Origin: an uncultured Ruminococcus sp.
Lineage (GTDB): Bacteria > Bacillota > Clostridia > Oscillospirales > Ruminococcaceae
Direction: 5' to 3'
NCBI GenBank assembly: GCA_902762785.1
Contig: CACWPL010000015.1
Coordinates: forward strand, 3,478 to 67,477
Length of the DNA: 64,000 nucleotides
The notes beneath the pieces were generated by a model. The model searched no databases and was not told the DNA's origin. It saw only the letters and a program-made list of their open reading frames with translations. The translations under genes and the position numbers were made by a program. Below are positions 29,132-42,425 of this stretch, in pieces (positions within the stretch are counted from its first letter, which is position 1; each line of letters opens with the position of its first letter).

Positions 29132-29190
29132 TACCCCCTCAGATCGGCGCCGGGCAGGCGCCGTTCCACATCGAAAGGAGTCTTACTATC

Positions 29191-29598
29191 ATGGACGTGA
29201 TCGCGATCGCACGCGAGCTCGGCAAGGCCATCCAGCAGGATGACCGCTACATCGCCTACATGCTCGCCAAGCAGGCAAATGACGAGGACACCAAGCTCCA
29301 GGGCCTCATCAACGGCTTTGACCGTCTGCGCGTGGAGCTCCAGATGGAGGTCGGCAAGCCCGACCGCGACAACGACAAGATCGCCGAGCTGAACGAGGCG
29401 ATCAAGTCCACCTACAAGCGCATCATGAGCGACCCGAAGATGCTCGTCTACGAGGCCGCGAAGACCGGCTATGACCAGCTCATGAGCCAGGTGAACACCG
29501 TCATCTCCATGTCCGGCAACGGCGTCGATCCCGACGAGATCGACCTGGAGAGCACGGCCTGCTCCGGGAGCTGCGCGGGCTGCAGCGGCTGCGGCTGA
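29191..29598 (+). CDS. YlbF/YmcA-family regulator with Cys-rich C-terminal tail
   Basis: IAIARELGKAIQQDDRYIAYMLAKQANDED... helical YlbF-like; tail CSGSCAGCSGCG; AAAGGAG RBS before ATG 29191. Confidence 0.7.
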   Translation: MDVIAIARELGKAIQQDDRYIAYMLAKQANDEDTKLQGLINGFDRLRVELQMEVGKPDRDNDKIAELNEAIKSTYKRIMSDPKMLVYEAAKTGYDQLMSQVNTVISMSGNGVDPDEIDLESTACSGSCAGCSGCG

Positions 29599-29638
29599 TG
29601 CGTCCCGTCCCCAAAACAGGTAAGAAAGGAGCAGGAGG

Positions 29639-32245
<2,607 letters not shown>

Positions 32246-32284
32246 CGCGCAGCAGTGAACGAGACCCATCGGAAGGAGGTACCC

Positions 32285-34318
32285 ATGCCCGTCATATCCG
32301 TCCTTGACCCCGCCGTTTCGGAGCTGATCGCCGCCGGCGAGGTCATCGAGCGCCCGGCGTCCGTCATCAAGGAGCTGATCGAGAACGCCATCGACGCCCA
32401 CGCGACCCGTATCACCGTGGAGATCAAGAACGGCGGCACGACCTTCATGCGCATCGTGGACGATGGGGACGGCATGGCGCGGGAGGACGTCCCCACGGCC
32501 TTCCTCCGCCACGCCACCAGCAAGATCGCCGAGAAAGCCGACCTCGACACCATCATGACCCTCGGGTTCCGCGGGGAGGCACTGGCCTCCGTTGCGGCCG
32601 TGGCACGCGTCACAGTCATGACCAAGCGCCGCGAGGACGACCTCGGCACCCGCTACGAGATCGCCGGGGTCGAGCAGGGCGAGCCGGAGGAATGCGGCTG
32701 CCCGGACGGCACCAGCATCCTCGTCAAGGATCTGTTCTTCAATGTCCCCGCGCGGCGCAAGTTCATGAAGCGCGACAGTGCCGAGGGCAATGCCGTGGCG
32801 CAGATCGTCCAGAAGATCGCGATCTCCCACCCGGGGATCGCGTTCAAGTTCATCCGCGACAACAAGCTCGATTTCCATTCCGACGGCTCCGGCGAGCTCC
32901 TCGCTGCAATCCGCGCCGTCTATGGCCGTGACTTCGCCCACGACCTCATCGCCGTCGACCACGAGCAGGACGGCATCCATGTCAAGGGCTATGTCGTCAA
33001 GCCGCTCTACTCCAAGAGCAGCCGGAGCTTCCAGGATTTCTTCGTCAACACGCGCTACGTCCGTTCGCGCGCGCTGTCCGTCGCGCTCGAGAGCGCCTAC
33101 GAGAACATGGTCATGACCGGGAAGTTCCCGGCCTGCGTCCTGCTGCTCGACCTCCCGCCGGACACCCTCGATGTCAACATCCACCCCGCCAAGGCCGAGG
33201 TGCGCTTCACGGACGAGAAGGGCGTCATCAATGCCGTCTACTTCGCCGTCAAGAACGCCATGCTCCAGAACGGCCTGATCTACGAGTTCCAGATGCCCCG
33301 CCGGGACTGGTACGCCGGGGCGCCCGCGCCGACCTATGAGCAGCAGTCCCTCCCCGCGCCGCCGCCCGCCGAAAGACCGGCCTATCTGCCGCCTGTCCGG
33401 GAGACGGCGACGCCCTTGGAGATGCCCGTGGAGGAGATGCCGCAGGAGACGGCGCCGGTATCGTCGGATATGACTCAGGAGAGGGCACAGGAGACGGCAC
33501 CGTCCTCCGTCCCGCCGCGGCCGCAGCTCGACGGAGGAGACATGCCCTTCGGGATGCCGGCGCCGCGCCCGCGGACGGAGTACGCCGACCGAAGTGTCCC
33601 GGTCTCGCACTTCGGGGACAGCAAGCCCCCGCGTGCGGCCATCGTGCAGGACAGCTTCGTGGACATGGACGCCGAGACGGACACGCAGGAGTTCCCCGCT
33701 CCGCCGCCGCCGCAGGCCGCCCCCGCCCTCCGCGTGGCCGACCCCTACCCGGACATCAAGGTGCTCGGGGAGCTGTTCGCGAACTACATCCTCGCGCAGT
33801 CCGGGGACACCTTCATCATCATCGACAAGCACGCTGCCCATGAGCGCGTCATCTTTGAGCGTCTGCGGCGGCAGAACTGCCGGCAGTACCGCCAGCTCCT
33901 CCTCGAGCCGGGGCATGTGCTCCTGACGCTCGACGAGTTCTCGGCCATGGAGTCGAACACGGCGCTGCTCGACCGGCTCGGGTTCTCCTTCGACTTCACG
34001 CAAAAGCCCTGCCTCATCGTGACAGGCGCGCCGGTCTTCTTCGACGGTCTCGACCTCGACGAGATCGTGCAGGAGGTCGCCCACAGCCTCTACCTCGGCA
34101 AGATCGACCCGCAGAGCCATGTCCTCGACGACATGCTCCATGAGATGGCCTGCAAGTCCGCCATCAAGGCCAATGACCGCAACTCGATCTCCGAGCTCCA
34201 GGCGCTCGCCGAGGAGGTCGTCTCGAACGAGGACATCCGCCATTGCCCCCACGGCCGTCCCGTCATGTTTATCATGACCAAGTATGAGCTGGAGCGGCAG
34301 TTCCGCAGGAGGGTGTGA
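32285..34318 (+). CDS. mutL: DNA mismatch repair protein MutL
   Basis: IAAGEVIERPASVIKELIENAIDA, GFRGEAL GHKL-ATPase motifs; C-terminal endonuclease motif DKHAAHERV; GGAGG RBS before ATG 32285. Confidence 0.97.
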   Translation: MPVISVLDPAVSELIAAGEVIERPASVIKELIENAIDAHATRITVEIKNGGTTFMRIVDDGDGMAREDVPTAFLRHATSKIAEKADLDTIMTLGFRGEALASVAAVARVTVMTKRREDDLGTRYEIAGVEQGEPEECGCPDGTSILVKDLFFNVPARRKFMKRDSAEGNAVAQIVQKIAISHPGIAFKFIRDNKLDFHSDGSGELLAAIRAVYGRDFAHDLIAVDHEQDGIHVKGYVVKPLYSKSSRSFQDFFVNTRYVRSRALSVALESAYENMVMTGKFPACVLLLDLPPDTLDVNIHPAKAEVRFTDEKGVINAVYFAVKNAMLQNGLIYEFQMPRRDWYAGAPAPTYEQQSLPAPPPAERPAYLPPVRETATPLEMPVEEMPQETAPVSSDMTQERAQETAPSSVPPRPQLDGGDMPFGMPAPRPRTEYADRSVPVSHFGDSKPPRAAIVQDSFVDMDAETDTQEFPAPPPPQAAPALRVADPYPDIKVLGELFANYILAQSGDTFIIIDKHAAHERVIFERLRRQNCRQYRQLLLEPGHVLLTLDEFSAMESNTALLDRLGFSFDFTQKPCLIVTGAPVFFDGLDLDEIVQEVAHSLYLGKIDPQSHVLDDMLHEMACKSAIKANDRNSISELQALAEEVVSNEDIRHCPHGRPVMFIMTKYELERQFRRRV

Positions 34319-34319
34319 G

Positions 34320-35273
34320 ATGGCAGAGAACAAGCCCTTCGTCCTCGCCGTCGTCGGGCCGACGGCGTCGGGGAAGACGGCGCTGGGCGTCGCGCTCGCG
34401 CAGCGCTGCGGCGGCGAGGTCGTCTCGGCGGATTCGATGCAGATCTACGAGGGTCTGGACATCGCCACCGCCAAGCCCACGCCCGAGGAGATGCAGGGCG
34501 TCCCGCACCACCTGATCGGCATCGTCCCGCGGACGGTGCGGTTCTCCGTCGCGGACTATGTCGCCCGCGCCTCGGAGACGATCCGTGACATCGTCGCCCG
34601 CGGCCGCCTGCCCATCGTGGTCGGCGGGACGGGGCTCTATGTGGACAGCCTCCTCTCCGGGATGCAGTTCTCCCCCGAGGAGGGATCCCCGGACGTCCGC
34701 GCCGCGCTGACGCGAAGACTGGAGCAGGAGGGGAGCGCCGCGCTCTATGAGGAGCTGACGCGCCGTGACCCGGAGGCGGCGGTCAAGATCCATCCGAACA
34801 ACCACGTCCGCCTGATCCGGGCCCTCGAGGTCATCGAGACGACCGGCGGGACGTTCACCGCCTACAAGGCCGCCAATGCGGCGAGCCCGTCCCCCTATGA
34901 CGCCTGCCTGATCGGGCTCGACTGGGAGCGCAGCGTGCTCTATGACCGCATCGGGCAGCGCGTGGACGCCATGCTGGAGGCCGGCCTTTTGGAGGAGGTC
35001 GCCGCCGCGCGTGACCCCGCCATGCAGACCGCCGCGGCCGCCATCGGCTATAAGGAGCTGCTGCCCTATCTCGACGGCACCGCCTCCCTCGCGGACTGTG
35101 TGGCCATCCTCAAGCAGGAGACCCGCCGCTACGCCAAGCGCCAGCTCACTTGGTTTCGTCGAAATGATCAGATCCATTGGTTGAATGTAGGCAGATCTGA
35201 CAAAGTGCAACAACTTTCGGAAAAAGCGGGAAAGATACTGGAAATGACCGGGAAAATATGCTATAATGAATAA
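34320..35273 (+). CDS. miaA: tRNA dimethylallyltransferase MiaA
   Basis: P-loop GPTASGKT, DSMQIY, KRQLTWFR; ATG 34320 abuts the mutL stop. Confidence 0.95.
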   Translation: MAENKPFVLAVVGPTASGKTALGVALAQRCGGEVVSADSMQIYEGLDIATAKPTPEEMQGVPHHLIGIVPRTVRFSVADYVARASETIRDIVARGRLPIVVGGTGLYVDSLLSGMQFSPEEGSPDVRAALTRRLEQEGSAALYEELTRRDPEAAVKIHPNNHVRLIRALEVIETTGGTFTAYKAANAASPSPYDACLIGLDWERSVLYDRIGQRVDAMLEAGLLEEVAAARDPAMQTAAAAIGYKELLPYLDGTASLADCVAILKQETRRYAKRQLTWFRRNDQIHWLNVGRSDKVQQLSEKAGKILEMTGKICYNE

Positions 35274-35324
35274 TAAGTGCTTTCGGCGACCCCGAGGCAC
35301 GCTCGTGAGAAAGGAGCGAACGAA

Positions 35325-35567
35325 TTGAACAAGATGATGAACCTCCAGGACACCTTCCTGAACCAGGCGCGCAAGGAGCGCATCCTCGTGACGACGTACC
35401 TTGTCAACGGCTTCCAGTGCAAGGGCATCGTCAAGGGATTTGACAACTATGTGGTGATCTTCGACTGCCAGGGACAGCAGCAGCTCGTCTACAAGCACGC
35501 CATCTCGACCATCGCCCCCTCCCGTCCCGTTTCCATCCTGGATTCGGAGAACGAGAAGTCGGAATAA
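35325..35567 (+). CDS. hfq: RNA chaperone Hfq
   Basis: [40 protein letters not shown]...VYKHAISTI Sm motifs; start TTG 35325 (8 nt after AAGGAG) or ATG 35334; TGc-TATAAT at 35259-35267 inside the miaA 3' end. Confidence 0.93.
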   Translation: MNKMMNLQDTFLNQARKERILVTTYLVNGFQCKGIVKGFDNYVVIFDCQGQQQLVYKHAISTIAPSRPVSILDSENEKSE

Positions 35568-35582
35568 GACAGGCGGCCGCTT

Positions 35583-36809
35583 ATGAAGGACGGGACACTG
35601 ACCTTCCTGCTGGTGCTGGTCGCGGTGTTCATCATCGTAACGGTCGTGAACGTCGGCTATAAGGCCGTCAATAAGGAGTACGTCACCGAGACGGCGCTCG
35701 CGTCGGTCGGCACGGATTCCGAGACGGTCAAGGGCGTATTCGTCCGCGATGAGAAAGTCATCACCTACGGCGGGAAGGGCGTCATCAGCTATGAGGTGCC
35801 CGACGGCGGCAAGCTCGGCATCGGCAGCGTGATCGCCAAGGTCTACTCCACCGAGGAGCAGATCGAGCTCGGCCGTCACATCCGCAGCCTGCAAAACGAG
35901 CTCGCGCTCCTCGAGCGCATCTCGAACACCGGCACCATCCAGACCGCGCAGCCCTCGAGCATCTCGGAGCTGTTCACGGAGAACTACAAGAACTTCCTCT
36001 ATGAACGCGAGCAGGGCGACCTCACCGATGTGCAGACCAAGCGCGAGGAGATGCTCGTGCTGCTGAGCACCTACCAGCTCGTCACCGGCAAGGACACGAG
36101 CTATGCGCTCAAGATGGAGACCATCCAGCGCGAGCTCGATGAGCTCGAGGGAGAGCAGGAGGAGCCGCTCGATGTCATCAAGGCTGAGGAGGCCGCCTAT
36201 TTCGTCAGCTATGCCGACGGATACGAGGGCGAGCTGAGCCTCGAACACCTCGACAGCCTGACTGCTCAGGACATCGAACGCATCCACGACTCCCCCCGCA
36301 ACGACAACGGCGTCGTCGGCAAGCTGATCGACAGCTACCAATGGGTGCTGGCCGCAGCCGTCGACAACACCGACAAGATCTACCAGACGGGCGATGTCGT
36401 GACGCTCAAGTTCTCCTCTACCTCGGAGACCGTGCGCGGCGAGATCACCATGGTCACGCCGAATCCGGCAGACCCCACCAAGACCGTCATCGCCATCACC
36501 TGCCGCTCCATGACCTACGACCTCGTGCAGCATCGCGCCGAGACGGTCGAGATCATCCGCGGCGAGTACCAGGGCATCATGGTGCCCAAGGATGCGTTGC
36601 ACTTCAAGCTCATCACCGATGAGGAGACCGGCGAGACCGAGAACGTCCGCGGCGTCTACATCCTCAGCGGCGAGCAGCCGGAGTTCCGGCGCGTCAAGGT
36701 CGTCTATGAAGCGGGCGACTACCTGATCTCCGCACAGACGACAGACAGCGACTGTCTGCATCTGTACGATTCCATCATTATGAAAGGGATAGATGCAGAT
36801 GGAGGATAA
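35583..36809 (+). CDS. HlyD-like membrane-fusion-family protein (single TM, coiled-coil, beta-barrel)
   Basis: 408 aa; N-terminal TM helix, coiled-coil LQNELALLERI, position upstream of ylmE/sepF as in many Clostridia; family call tentative. Confidence 0.55.
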   Translation: MKDGTLTFLLVLVAVFIIVTVVNVGYKAVNKEYVTETALASVGTDSETVKGVFVRDEKVITYGGKGVISYEVPDGGKLGIGSVIAKVYSTEEQIELGRHIRSLQNELALLERISNTGTIQTAQPSSISELFTENYKNFLYEREQGDLTDVQTKREEMLVLLSTYQLVTGKDTSYALKMETIQRELDELEGEQEEPLDVIKAEEAAYFVSYADGYEGELSLEHLDSLTAQDIERIHDSPRNDNGVVGKLIDSYQWVLAAAVDNTDKIYQTGDVVTLKFSSTSETVRGEITMVTPNPADPTKTVIAITCRSMTYDLVQHRAETVEIIRGEYQGIMVPKDALHFKLITDEETGETENVRGVYILSGEQPEFRRVKVVYEAGDYLISAQTTDSDCLHLYDSIIMKGIDADGG

Positions 36810-37491
36810 ACGCGCACAGGTGCGTGAGAACTACGCACGCATCGCAGCCAATATCGCAGAGGCCGCCGATAAGAGCGGCCGCCGCCCGGAGGACATCGCC
36901 TTCATGGCCGTGACCAAGACCGTCGACCCCGTCCTGGTCAATGAGGCCATCGACTGCGGCATCCGGCTCCTCGGTGAGAACCGGGTGCAGGAATGGCAGT
37001 CCAAGCGTGAGGCGTACCGTCCCGGCATCCCGGTGGACTTCATCGGGGCGCTCCAGGCGAACAAGGTCAAGTACCTGGTCGGCCAGGTGCGGCTCATCCA
37101 GTCGATCGACCGTCTGAGCCTCGCCAAGGAGGTCGAGCGCATCGCAGCCAAGCGGGAGCTCGTGCAGGACATCCTGCTCGAGGTCAACATCGGCGGTGAG
37201 GAGACGAAGAGCGGCGTCACGCCCGAAGGCCTCCCCGCACTGCTCGATGAAGTGGCCGAGCTGCCGCATGTCCGCGTCCGCGGGCTCATGACCATCCCGC
37301 CTCCGACCAGCGACACGCGGTTCCTGGAGGCCATGCAGGCGCTGTTCCTGAGGATGCAGGAACGTCCCGGCGCCGACCTGTCCATCCTCTCGATGGGCAT
37401 GTCCGGTGACTATGCCGAGGCCATCCGCTTCGGGTCGAACCTCGTGCGCGTGGGCTCCGCCCTCTTCGGCGCACGCCACTATCCAACGTGA
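36793..37491 (+). CDS. yggS: PLP-binding protein YggS/YlmE
   Basis: 232 aa; AVTKTV (PLP Lys), GENRVQE, HFIGALQANK-like, SMGMSGDY; alternative start ATG 36799. Confidence 0.93.
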   Translation: MQMEDKRAQVRENYARIAANIAEAADKSGRRPEDIAFMAVTKTVDPVLVNEAIDCGIRLLGENRVQEWQSKREAYRPGIPVDFIGALQANKVKYLVGQVRLIQSIDRLSLAKEVERIAAKRELVQDILLEVNIGGEETKSGVTPEGLPALLDEVAELPHVRVRGLMTIPPPTSDTRFLEAMQALFLRMQERPGADLSILSMGMSGDYAEAIRFGSNLVRVGSALFGARHYPT

Positions 37492-37599
37492 ACGACAGCC
37501 TGAGCGCTGATCGCATATCTTGAAAGCTAACAAAAGCGATGATATGGTGTCCGTATGCACCGTCCAAAATCCCTATCATACGGAGAAACGGAGAATACA

Positions 37600-38040
37600 A
37601 TGGAGATCTTCAAGAATGTCAAGGAATTCTTCTTCCCGTCCGACATGCCGGATTCCGGCTCCTCTGCCCCCAGCGCAGAGCCGGCCGTCCAGAACCACGG
37701 CATCGAGGAGATGCAGCCCGGCCGTGAGCCTGGCTCGAACATCGTGAACATCCAGGCCACCGCGCAGCTCCAGGTCGTTCTGGTCAAGCCCGAGGTCTTC
37801 ACGGACGCCAAGGCCATCGCCGATCACCTGATCAGCCGCAAGACCGTCGTCCTCAACCTCGAGACGGCCTCCCCGGAGAACCGCCGCCGCATCATCGACT
37901 TCCTCGTCGGCGTGTCCTACGCCATCAGCGGCAGCCTGAAGCCGGTCGCCAACCTGACCTATATCATCACCCCGTACAATGTCGGCTTCATCGGCGATGA
38001 CCTCGCGGCGGAGCTTGAGAACAACGGCGTGATCATCTGA
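37600..38040 (+). CDS. sepF: Cell division protein SepF
   Basis: C-terminal domain VVLVKPEVFTDAKAIADHLISRKTVVLNLE...RRIIDFLVGVSYAISG; start ATG 37600 behind GGAGAA. Confidence 0.92.
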   Translation: MEIFKNVKEFFFPSDMPDSGSSAPSAEPAVQNHGIEEMQPGREPGSNIVNIQATAQLQVVLVKPEVFTDAKAIADHLISRKTVVLNLETASPENRRRIIDFLVGVSYAISGSLKPVANLTYIITPYNVGFIGDDLAAELENNGVII

Positions 38041-38780
38041 TGCCCACCAAGCAGCAGGATGCCGACCGCATCCTGATCGCGCATGTGCAGGACATGGCCA
38101 CACGCGGCGCCTATCGCAGCTTCACGCCCTTCCTGGACATGCGGCAGTATACGCTGGTGCGCAGCATCCTCACGGCGGGGACCTACCGCTTCTTCGGCGG
38201 CTATGCCGATGCCTCCCGGGGCATCCTCTGTGTCCATCCTGCGGACTGTCCGCCCGAGGACGACGAGTTCCCCATCACCTGCCTGACCTACACCTTCCCG
38301 GAGGCCTACACGGTGACCCACCGGGACGTGCTGGGAAGCCTCATGGCACAGCAGGTGCAGCGTGACACGGTAGGGGACATCCTCATCGCCCCCGGCAGGG
38401 CACAGTGCTTCGTCACGGCCGCTGCCGTCACCGCAGGGATGCAGCTCACGAAGATCGGACGCATCGGCGTCAAGGTCACCGACCAGCTCCCCTTCGCGGA
38501 CGACTATGTCCAGGAGGTGCGCGAGATCGTCGGGACGGTCGCGACCCCGCGCCTCGACGCCATCCTCCGCACGGCGCTCGCCATCGGGCGGAACGCCGTC
38601 CTGCCGCTGATCACCGGCGGTGCGGTCATGCTCAACTATGCGCCTGCCGAACGCCCGGACAAGCTCCTCGCAGAGGGAGACGTGTTCTCCGTGCGCGGCT
38701 ACGGCAAGTTCCGCATCCGTGAGCTCGGCGAGCCCACCCGCAAGGGAAGGCTCCGCATCGTGATCGAGCGTTATCTTTGA
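38040..38780 (+). CDS. ylmH: YlmH-like S4-domain RNA-binding protein
   Basis: 246 aa; position after sepF; C-terminal S4 motif RLDAILRTALAIGRNAVLPLI; TGATG overlap with sepF. Confidence 0.85.
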   Translation: MPTKQQDADRILIAHVQDMATRGAYRSFTPFLDMRQYTLVRSILTAGTYRFFGGYADASRGILCVHPADCPPEDDEFPITCLTYTFPEAYTVTHRDVLGSLMAQQVQRDTVGDILIAPGRAQCFVTAAAVTAGMQLTKIGRIGVKVTDQLPFADDYVQEVREIVGTVATPRLDAILRTALAIGRNAVLPLITGGAVMLNYAPAERPDKLLAEGDVFSVRGYGKFRIRELGEPTRKGRLRIVIERYL

Positions 38781-38877
38781 ACCCATGTGCCGGGGACGCC
38801 CGGCTTTGCCATGCTCTCTCTTGACCGGATGCCGGCAGAGAGCCAAAATGACTATATATTATATGAGGTGATTCATC

Positions 38878-39507
38878 ATGATGACTGCTGAAGACATCAG
38901 AGAGCTGAGATTTGAGAAGGCCGCCTGGGGCTATCGTCCGGAGGACATCGACGAGTTCCTCGGCAAGCTGGAGGCGACCTTCCAGGAGATCGACAACGAG
39001 CGCGAGGACGCCAACCACAAGATCCAGATCCTCGCTGACAAGGTGCGCGAGTATATGAAGGACGAGGACGCCATCAAGGACGCCCTGCTCGGCGCACAGA
39101 AGGAGGGCCATCGCATCATCAGCGATGCCAACGAGAAGGCGGAGCAGATCCTCGCCAAGGCGAAGGAGGAGGCCGCTGTCCTCATCGACGAGGCCACCGT
39201 GCAGCACGATCAGCTCATGGAGAAGAACCGCAGTGAGATCGAGAAGGAGCAGCAGGCGCTCGTGGATGCCCGCCGCATGGTCGCGGACTTCAAGCGCAGC
39301 CTGTTCGACATGTACAAGGGCCATCTCGAGATGATCTCCGCCATGCCCGATGGGGAGGACGAGGAGTCTGCACAGCCCGAGGAGACCGCCGAGGACATCG
39401 CCCGAGAGGTCGCTGAGCCCTCTGCACCGGTATCGGATGTGCTCGCGGCAGTCGATGACATCGTAGACAACGCGAATGCCGCTGCGGCGAGCGGCATCGA
39501 CGAATAA
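38878..39507 (+). CDS. divIVA: Cell division protein DivIVA
   Basis: MMTAEDIRELRFEKAAWGYRPEDIDEFL N-terminal DivIVA motif plus coiled coil. Confidence 0.93.
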   Translation: MMTAEDIRELRFEKAAWGYRPEDIDEFLGKLEATFQEIDNEREDANHKIQILADKVREYMKDEDAIKDALLGAQKEGHRIISDANEKAEQILAKAKEEAAVLIDEATVQHDQLMEKNRSEIEKEQQALVDARRMVADFKRSLFDMYKGHLEMISAMPDGEDEESAQPEETAEDIAREVAEPSAPVSDVLAAVDDIVDNANAAAASGIDE

Positions 39508-39612
39508 GGGGAGCCGCCCCTGCGATGCCGTCCGGCACCGTGCCAACGGCAGAAACGGCCTGCTGATGCGGGTCGTTTTTCGTTCACGATAGAAAAAGGA
39601 AAGGAGCCCGCT

Positions 39613-40158
39613 TTGCTGATCCTCACCATCCTTACCATCCTATCCATCCTCGCCGTCGTTGTGGGCGACCAGGCCATCAAGATCTGGGTCGTCAAGAACA
39701 TGACGCTCTACGAGGACCGTCCCCTCCTCAAGATCGGGGACCTCGACATCCTCCACCTGCACTATATCCTCAACGACGGCTCGGCGTTCTCGAGCTTCAG
39801 CGGCCAGCGGGCGTTCCTGCTCGCCATCACGATCATCGGGACCATCGCGCTCGTCGCTGTCATGATCCGATTCCGCGGCAAGCGCCCGTTCCTGCATTGG
39901 ACGTCTGCGGCCATCGTCGCCGGCGGCCTCGGCAACATGATCGACCGCGTGTTCCGTTCCGGCAATGTGATCGACTATCTGGATGTGCAGCTCTTCGAGT
40001 TCGCCATCTTCAATTTCGCGGACTGCTTCGTCACCGTGGGGACGATCCTGCTGTTCATCTACATCCTCTTCTTCCTCGATAAGGACGAAAAGCGCGAGAA
40101 ACAGGCACAGACTGTCGCCGCCCCCACCGAAGAGGAGGCCCCAGATGACAAGGCATGA
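39613..40158 (+). CDS. lspA: Lipoprotein signal peptidase (signal peptidase II)
   Basis: NDGSAFS, GGLGNMIDR, FNFAD catalytic Asp motifs; TTG start 39613 after GGAAAGGAG. Confidence 0.9.
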   Translation: MLILTILTILSILAVVVGDQAIKIWVVKNMTLYEDRPLLKIGDLDILHLHYILNDGSAFSSFSGQRAFLLAITIIGTIALVAVMIRFRGKRPFLHWTSAAIVAGGLGNMIDRVFRSGNVIDYLDVQLFEFAIFNFADCFVTVGTILLFIYILFFLDKDEKREKQAQTVAAPTEEEAPDDKA

Positions 40159-41059
40159 GCTGACCTTCCCGCCCGAGGCAGAGGGGGAGCGCCTTGACAA
40201 ATGGACGGCCTCGCTCGACATCGGCCTGACGCGCTGCGCCGTGCAGGGACTGATCGCGGCCGGGCACGTCCTCGTGGATGGGAAGCCTGTCCCGAAGAAT
40301 TGCCGTCCCAAGGCGGGCGCCGCCATCCTGATCGAGGTGCCCCCGCCAGAGGAGATCGAGATCATCCCCCAGGACATCCCGCTCGACATCGTCTATGAGG
40401 ACGACGATCTGCTCGTCGTCAACAAGCCCAAGGGCATGGTCGTCCATCCGGCCGCGGGGAACTATGACGAGACGCTCGTCAACGCCCTGATGTTCCACTG
40501 CAAGGGCTCGCTCTCTGGGATCAACGGCGTCATCCGCCCGGGCATCGTCCACCGTATCGACAAGAACACGTCCGGCCTCCTCATCGTCGCCAAGAACGAT
40601 GCTGCGCACCAGGGCCTCGCCGCCCAGATCAAGGCACATTCGTTCACGCGCGAATACGAGGCGATCGCGGTCGGGCATTTTCGCGACACGACCGGCACGA
40701 TCGACGCCCCCATCGGCCGCCATCCCGTCGACCGCAAGAGGATGTGCGTCACCGACCGCAATTCCAAGCCGGCCGTGACACATTACGAGGTCCTGCGGCA
40801 GTTCGCCAACACGGCGCACCTCTCGCTCCGCCTCGAGACCGGCCGCACGCACCAGATCCGCGTCCACCTCGCGCACATCGGCCACCCCATCTACGGGGAC
40901 GATGTCTACGGCAAGGCCGTCAAGGGGACGCAGGGACAGTGCCTGCACGCCAGACGGATCGGCTTCGTCCACCCCACGACGGGGGAGTACCTGGAGTTCG
41001 TCCGCGAGGCACCGCCCTATTTCCAAAAATTGCTAGAACAGATGGAGAAACACGCATGA
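40145..41059 (+). CDS. rluD: 23S rRNA pseudouridine synthase RluD family
   Basis: S4 domain RLDKW, catalytic HRIDKNTSGLL, HQIRVH; ATG 40145 overlaps the lspA end (track ORF begins 39983). Confidence 0.92.
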   Translation: MTRHELTFPPEAEGERLDKWTASLDIGLTRCAVQGLIAAGHVLVDGKPVPKNCRPKAGAAILIEVPPPEEIEIIPQDIPLDIVYEDDDLLVVNKPKGMVVHPAAGNYDETLVNALMFHCKGSLSGINGVIRPGIVHRIDKNTSGLLIVAKNDAAHQGLAAQIKAHSFTREYEAIAVGHFRDTTGTIDAPIGRHPVDRKRMCVTDRNSKPAVTHYEVLRQFANTAHLSLRLETGRTHQIRVHLAHIGHPIYGDDVYGKAVKGTQGQCLHARRIGFVHPTTGEYLEFVREAPPYFQKLLEQMEKHA

Positions 41060-41871
41060 AACGAGATCCTCACAAGCTCTGCATCATCACCGACCTCGAC
41101 GGGACGTTCCTGCCCGCGAGCAAGGTGCCGCTGCCGCGTGACTTAGCGGCGGTCCGCCGGTTCGAGGCAGCAGGCGGCCTGTTCACCATCGCGACTGGCC
41201 GTACCATCGAGGCCTCGAAGCGCTACCCGCTCGAGCTCGGCCTGAAGAGCCCCATGATCGTCTACAACGGATGCGGCATCTATGATGCGGCGGCGGAGCG
41301 TCTGCTCTATCTCCATCCGCTCCCGGACAAGGCGCGCGATTACACCCGGCGCGTGGTGCAGGAGATGCCGCACGCCGGATGTGAGGTGCTCTGTGCGGAG
41401 TCGACATGGGTCGTCAACAACACGCCCGCCGAGCAGGAGCACGTCAAGATCTGCGGTGTGACGCCGTTTTACGGTACCGCCGACGAGGTCGACGGCACCT
41501 GGCTCAAGGTGCTGTTCGCGATGCCGTCTGCCCAGATCCCGGCGTTCATCGACTACATCGACCGATGCGGCTTTGAAGATGTCGACTTCATCCGCTCCGA
41601 GCGCCGGTTTTATGAGATGCTGCCGAAGGGCGTTTCCAAGGGGAGCGCGCTGACGGCCTACCGCTCGCTCCCGGGCATGGAGGGGTATACCTTCATCGCC
41701 GTCGGTGATTTCGACAATGACATCGAGATGCTGCGTGCGGCAGACATCGCTGTCTGCCCGAAAAATGCCGCAGATTCGGCAAAATCCTGCGCCGACATCG
41801 TCCTCTCCCGCACCTGCGAGGAGGGCGCGATGGAGGAGCTGATCGACCGCCTGCTGGCGGGGGAGGTGTGA
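41056..41871 (+). CDS. Cof-type HAD-IIB phosphatase
   Basis: ITDLDGTFL motif I, GDFDNDIEM motif IV; ATGA overlap with rluD. Confidence 0.85.
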   Translation: MKRDPHKLCIITDLDGTFLPASKVPLPRDLAAVRRFEAAGGLFTIATGRTIEASKRYPLELGLKSPMIVYNGCGIYDAAAERLLYLHPLPDKARDYTRRVVQEMPHAGCEVLCAESTWVVNNTPAEQEHVKICGVTPFYGTADEVDGTWLKVLFAMPSAQIPAFIDYIDRCGFEDVDFIRSERRFYEMLPKGVSKGSALTAYRSLPGMEGYTFIAVGDFDNDIEMLRAADIAVCPKNAADSAKSCADIVLSRTCEEGAMEELIDRLLAGEV

Positions 41872-41872
41872 C

Positions 41873-42406
41873 ATGAAGGTCCTGAGCATCCACGGCTACA
41901 AGAGCGACCCCTACAATTCCCTCTATGACGCCCTGCGCAGCAACGGGATCACCGACATCGTGGCGCCTGTCATGGAGTACGACACGACCGCGCCCGGCAT
42001 CCTGTTCGCGATGCTCCAGCGCCTCTACCGTGAGGAGCAGCCGGACATCGTGTGCGGGTCGAGCATGGGCGGCTATTTTTCGGCACTTTTGAGTGCAACG
42101 ACCGGGTGCCGCGCGCTCCTCGTCAACCCGTGCATGACGCCCTACATCATCCTACCGCGTCTCGGGGCGAAGAACGAGGCGTTCGTGCGGGAATACATGC
42201 AGCTCTCCGCACACCTAGCCGGCCTCCGCAATGCCTATGCCATCCTCGCCGACCAGGACGAGCTCATCGAGAGCCACGACTTCACGGCCTTCCTCCTCGG
42301 GGAGGGGCACAGCATCTACGTCCCAGGCGGGCATCATCGCGGCTCCTCGCTCCCGCTCAAGGAGCTCATCCGGGACTATGGGGAGACGTTTTTTGCCCAA
42401 GGATGA
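41873..42406 (+). CDS. YqiA-like (UPF0227) alpha/beta esterase
   Basis: 177 aa; SIHGYKSD, nucleophile elbow GSSMGG. Confidence 0.7.
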   Translation: MKVLSIHGYKSDPYNSLYDALRSNGITDIVAPVMEYDTTAPGILFAMLQRLYREEQPDIVCGSSMGGYFSALLSATTGCRALLVNPCMTPYIILPRLGAKNEAFVREYMQLSAHLAGLRNAYAILADQDELIESHDFTAFLLGEGHSIYVPGGHHRGSSLPLKELIRDYGETFFAQG

Positions 42407-42425
42407 ACGTCCCTCCGCAAAACAC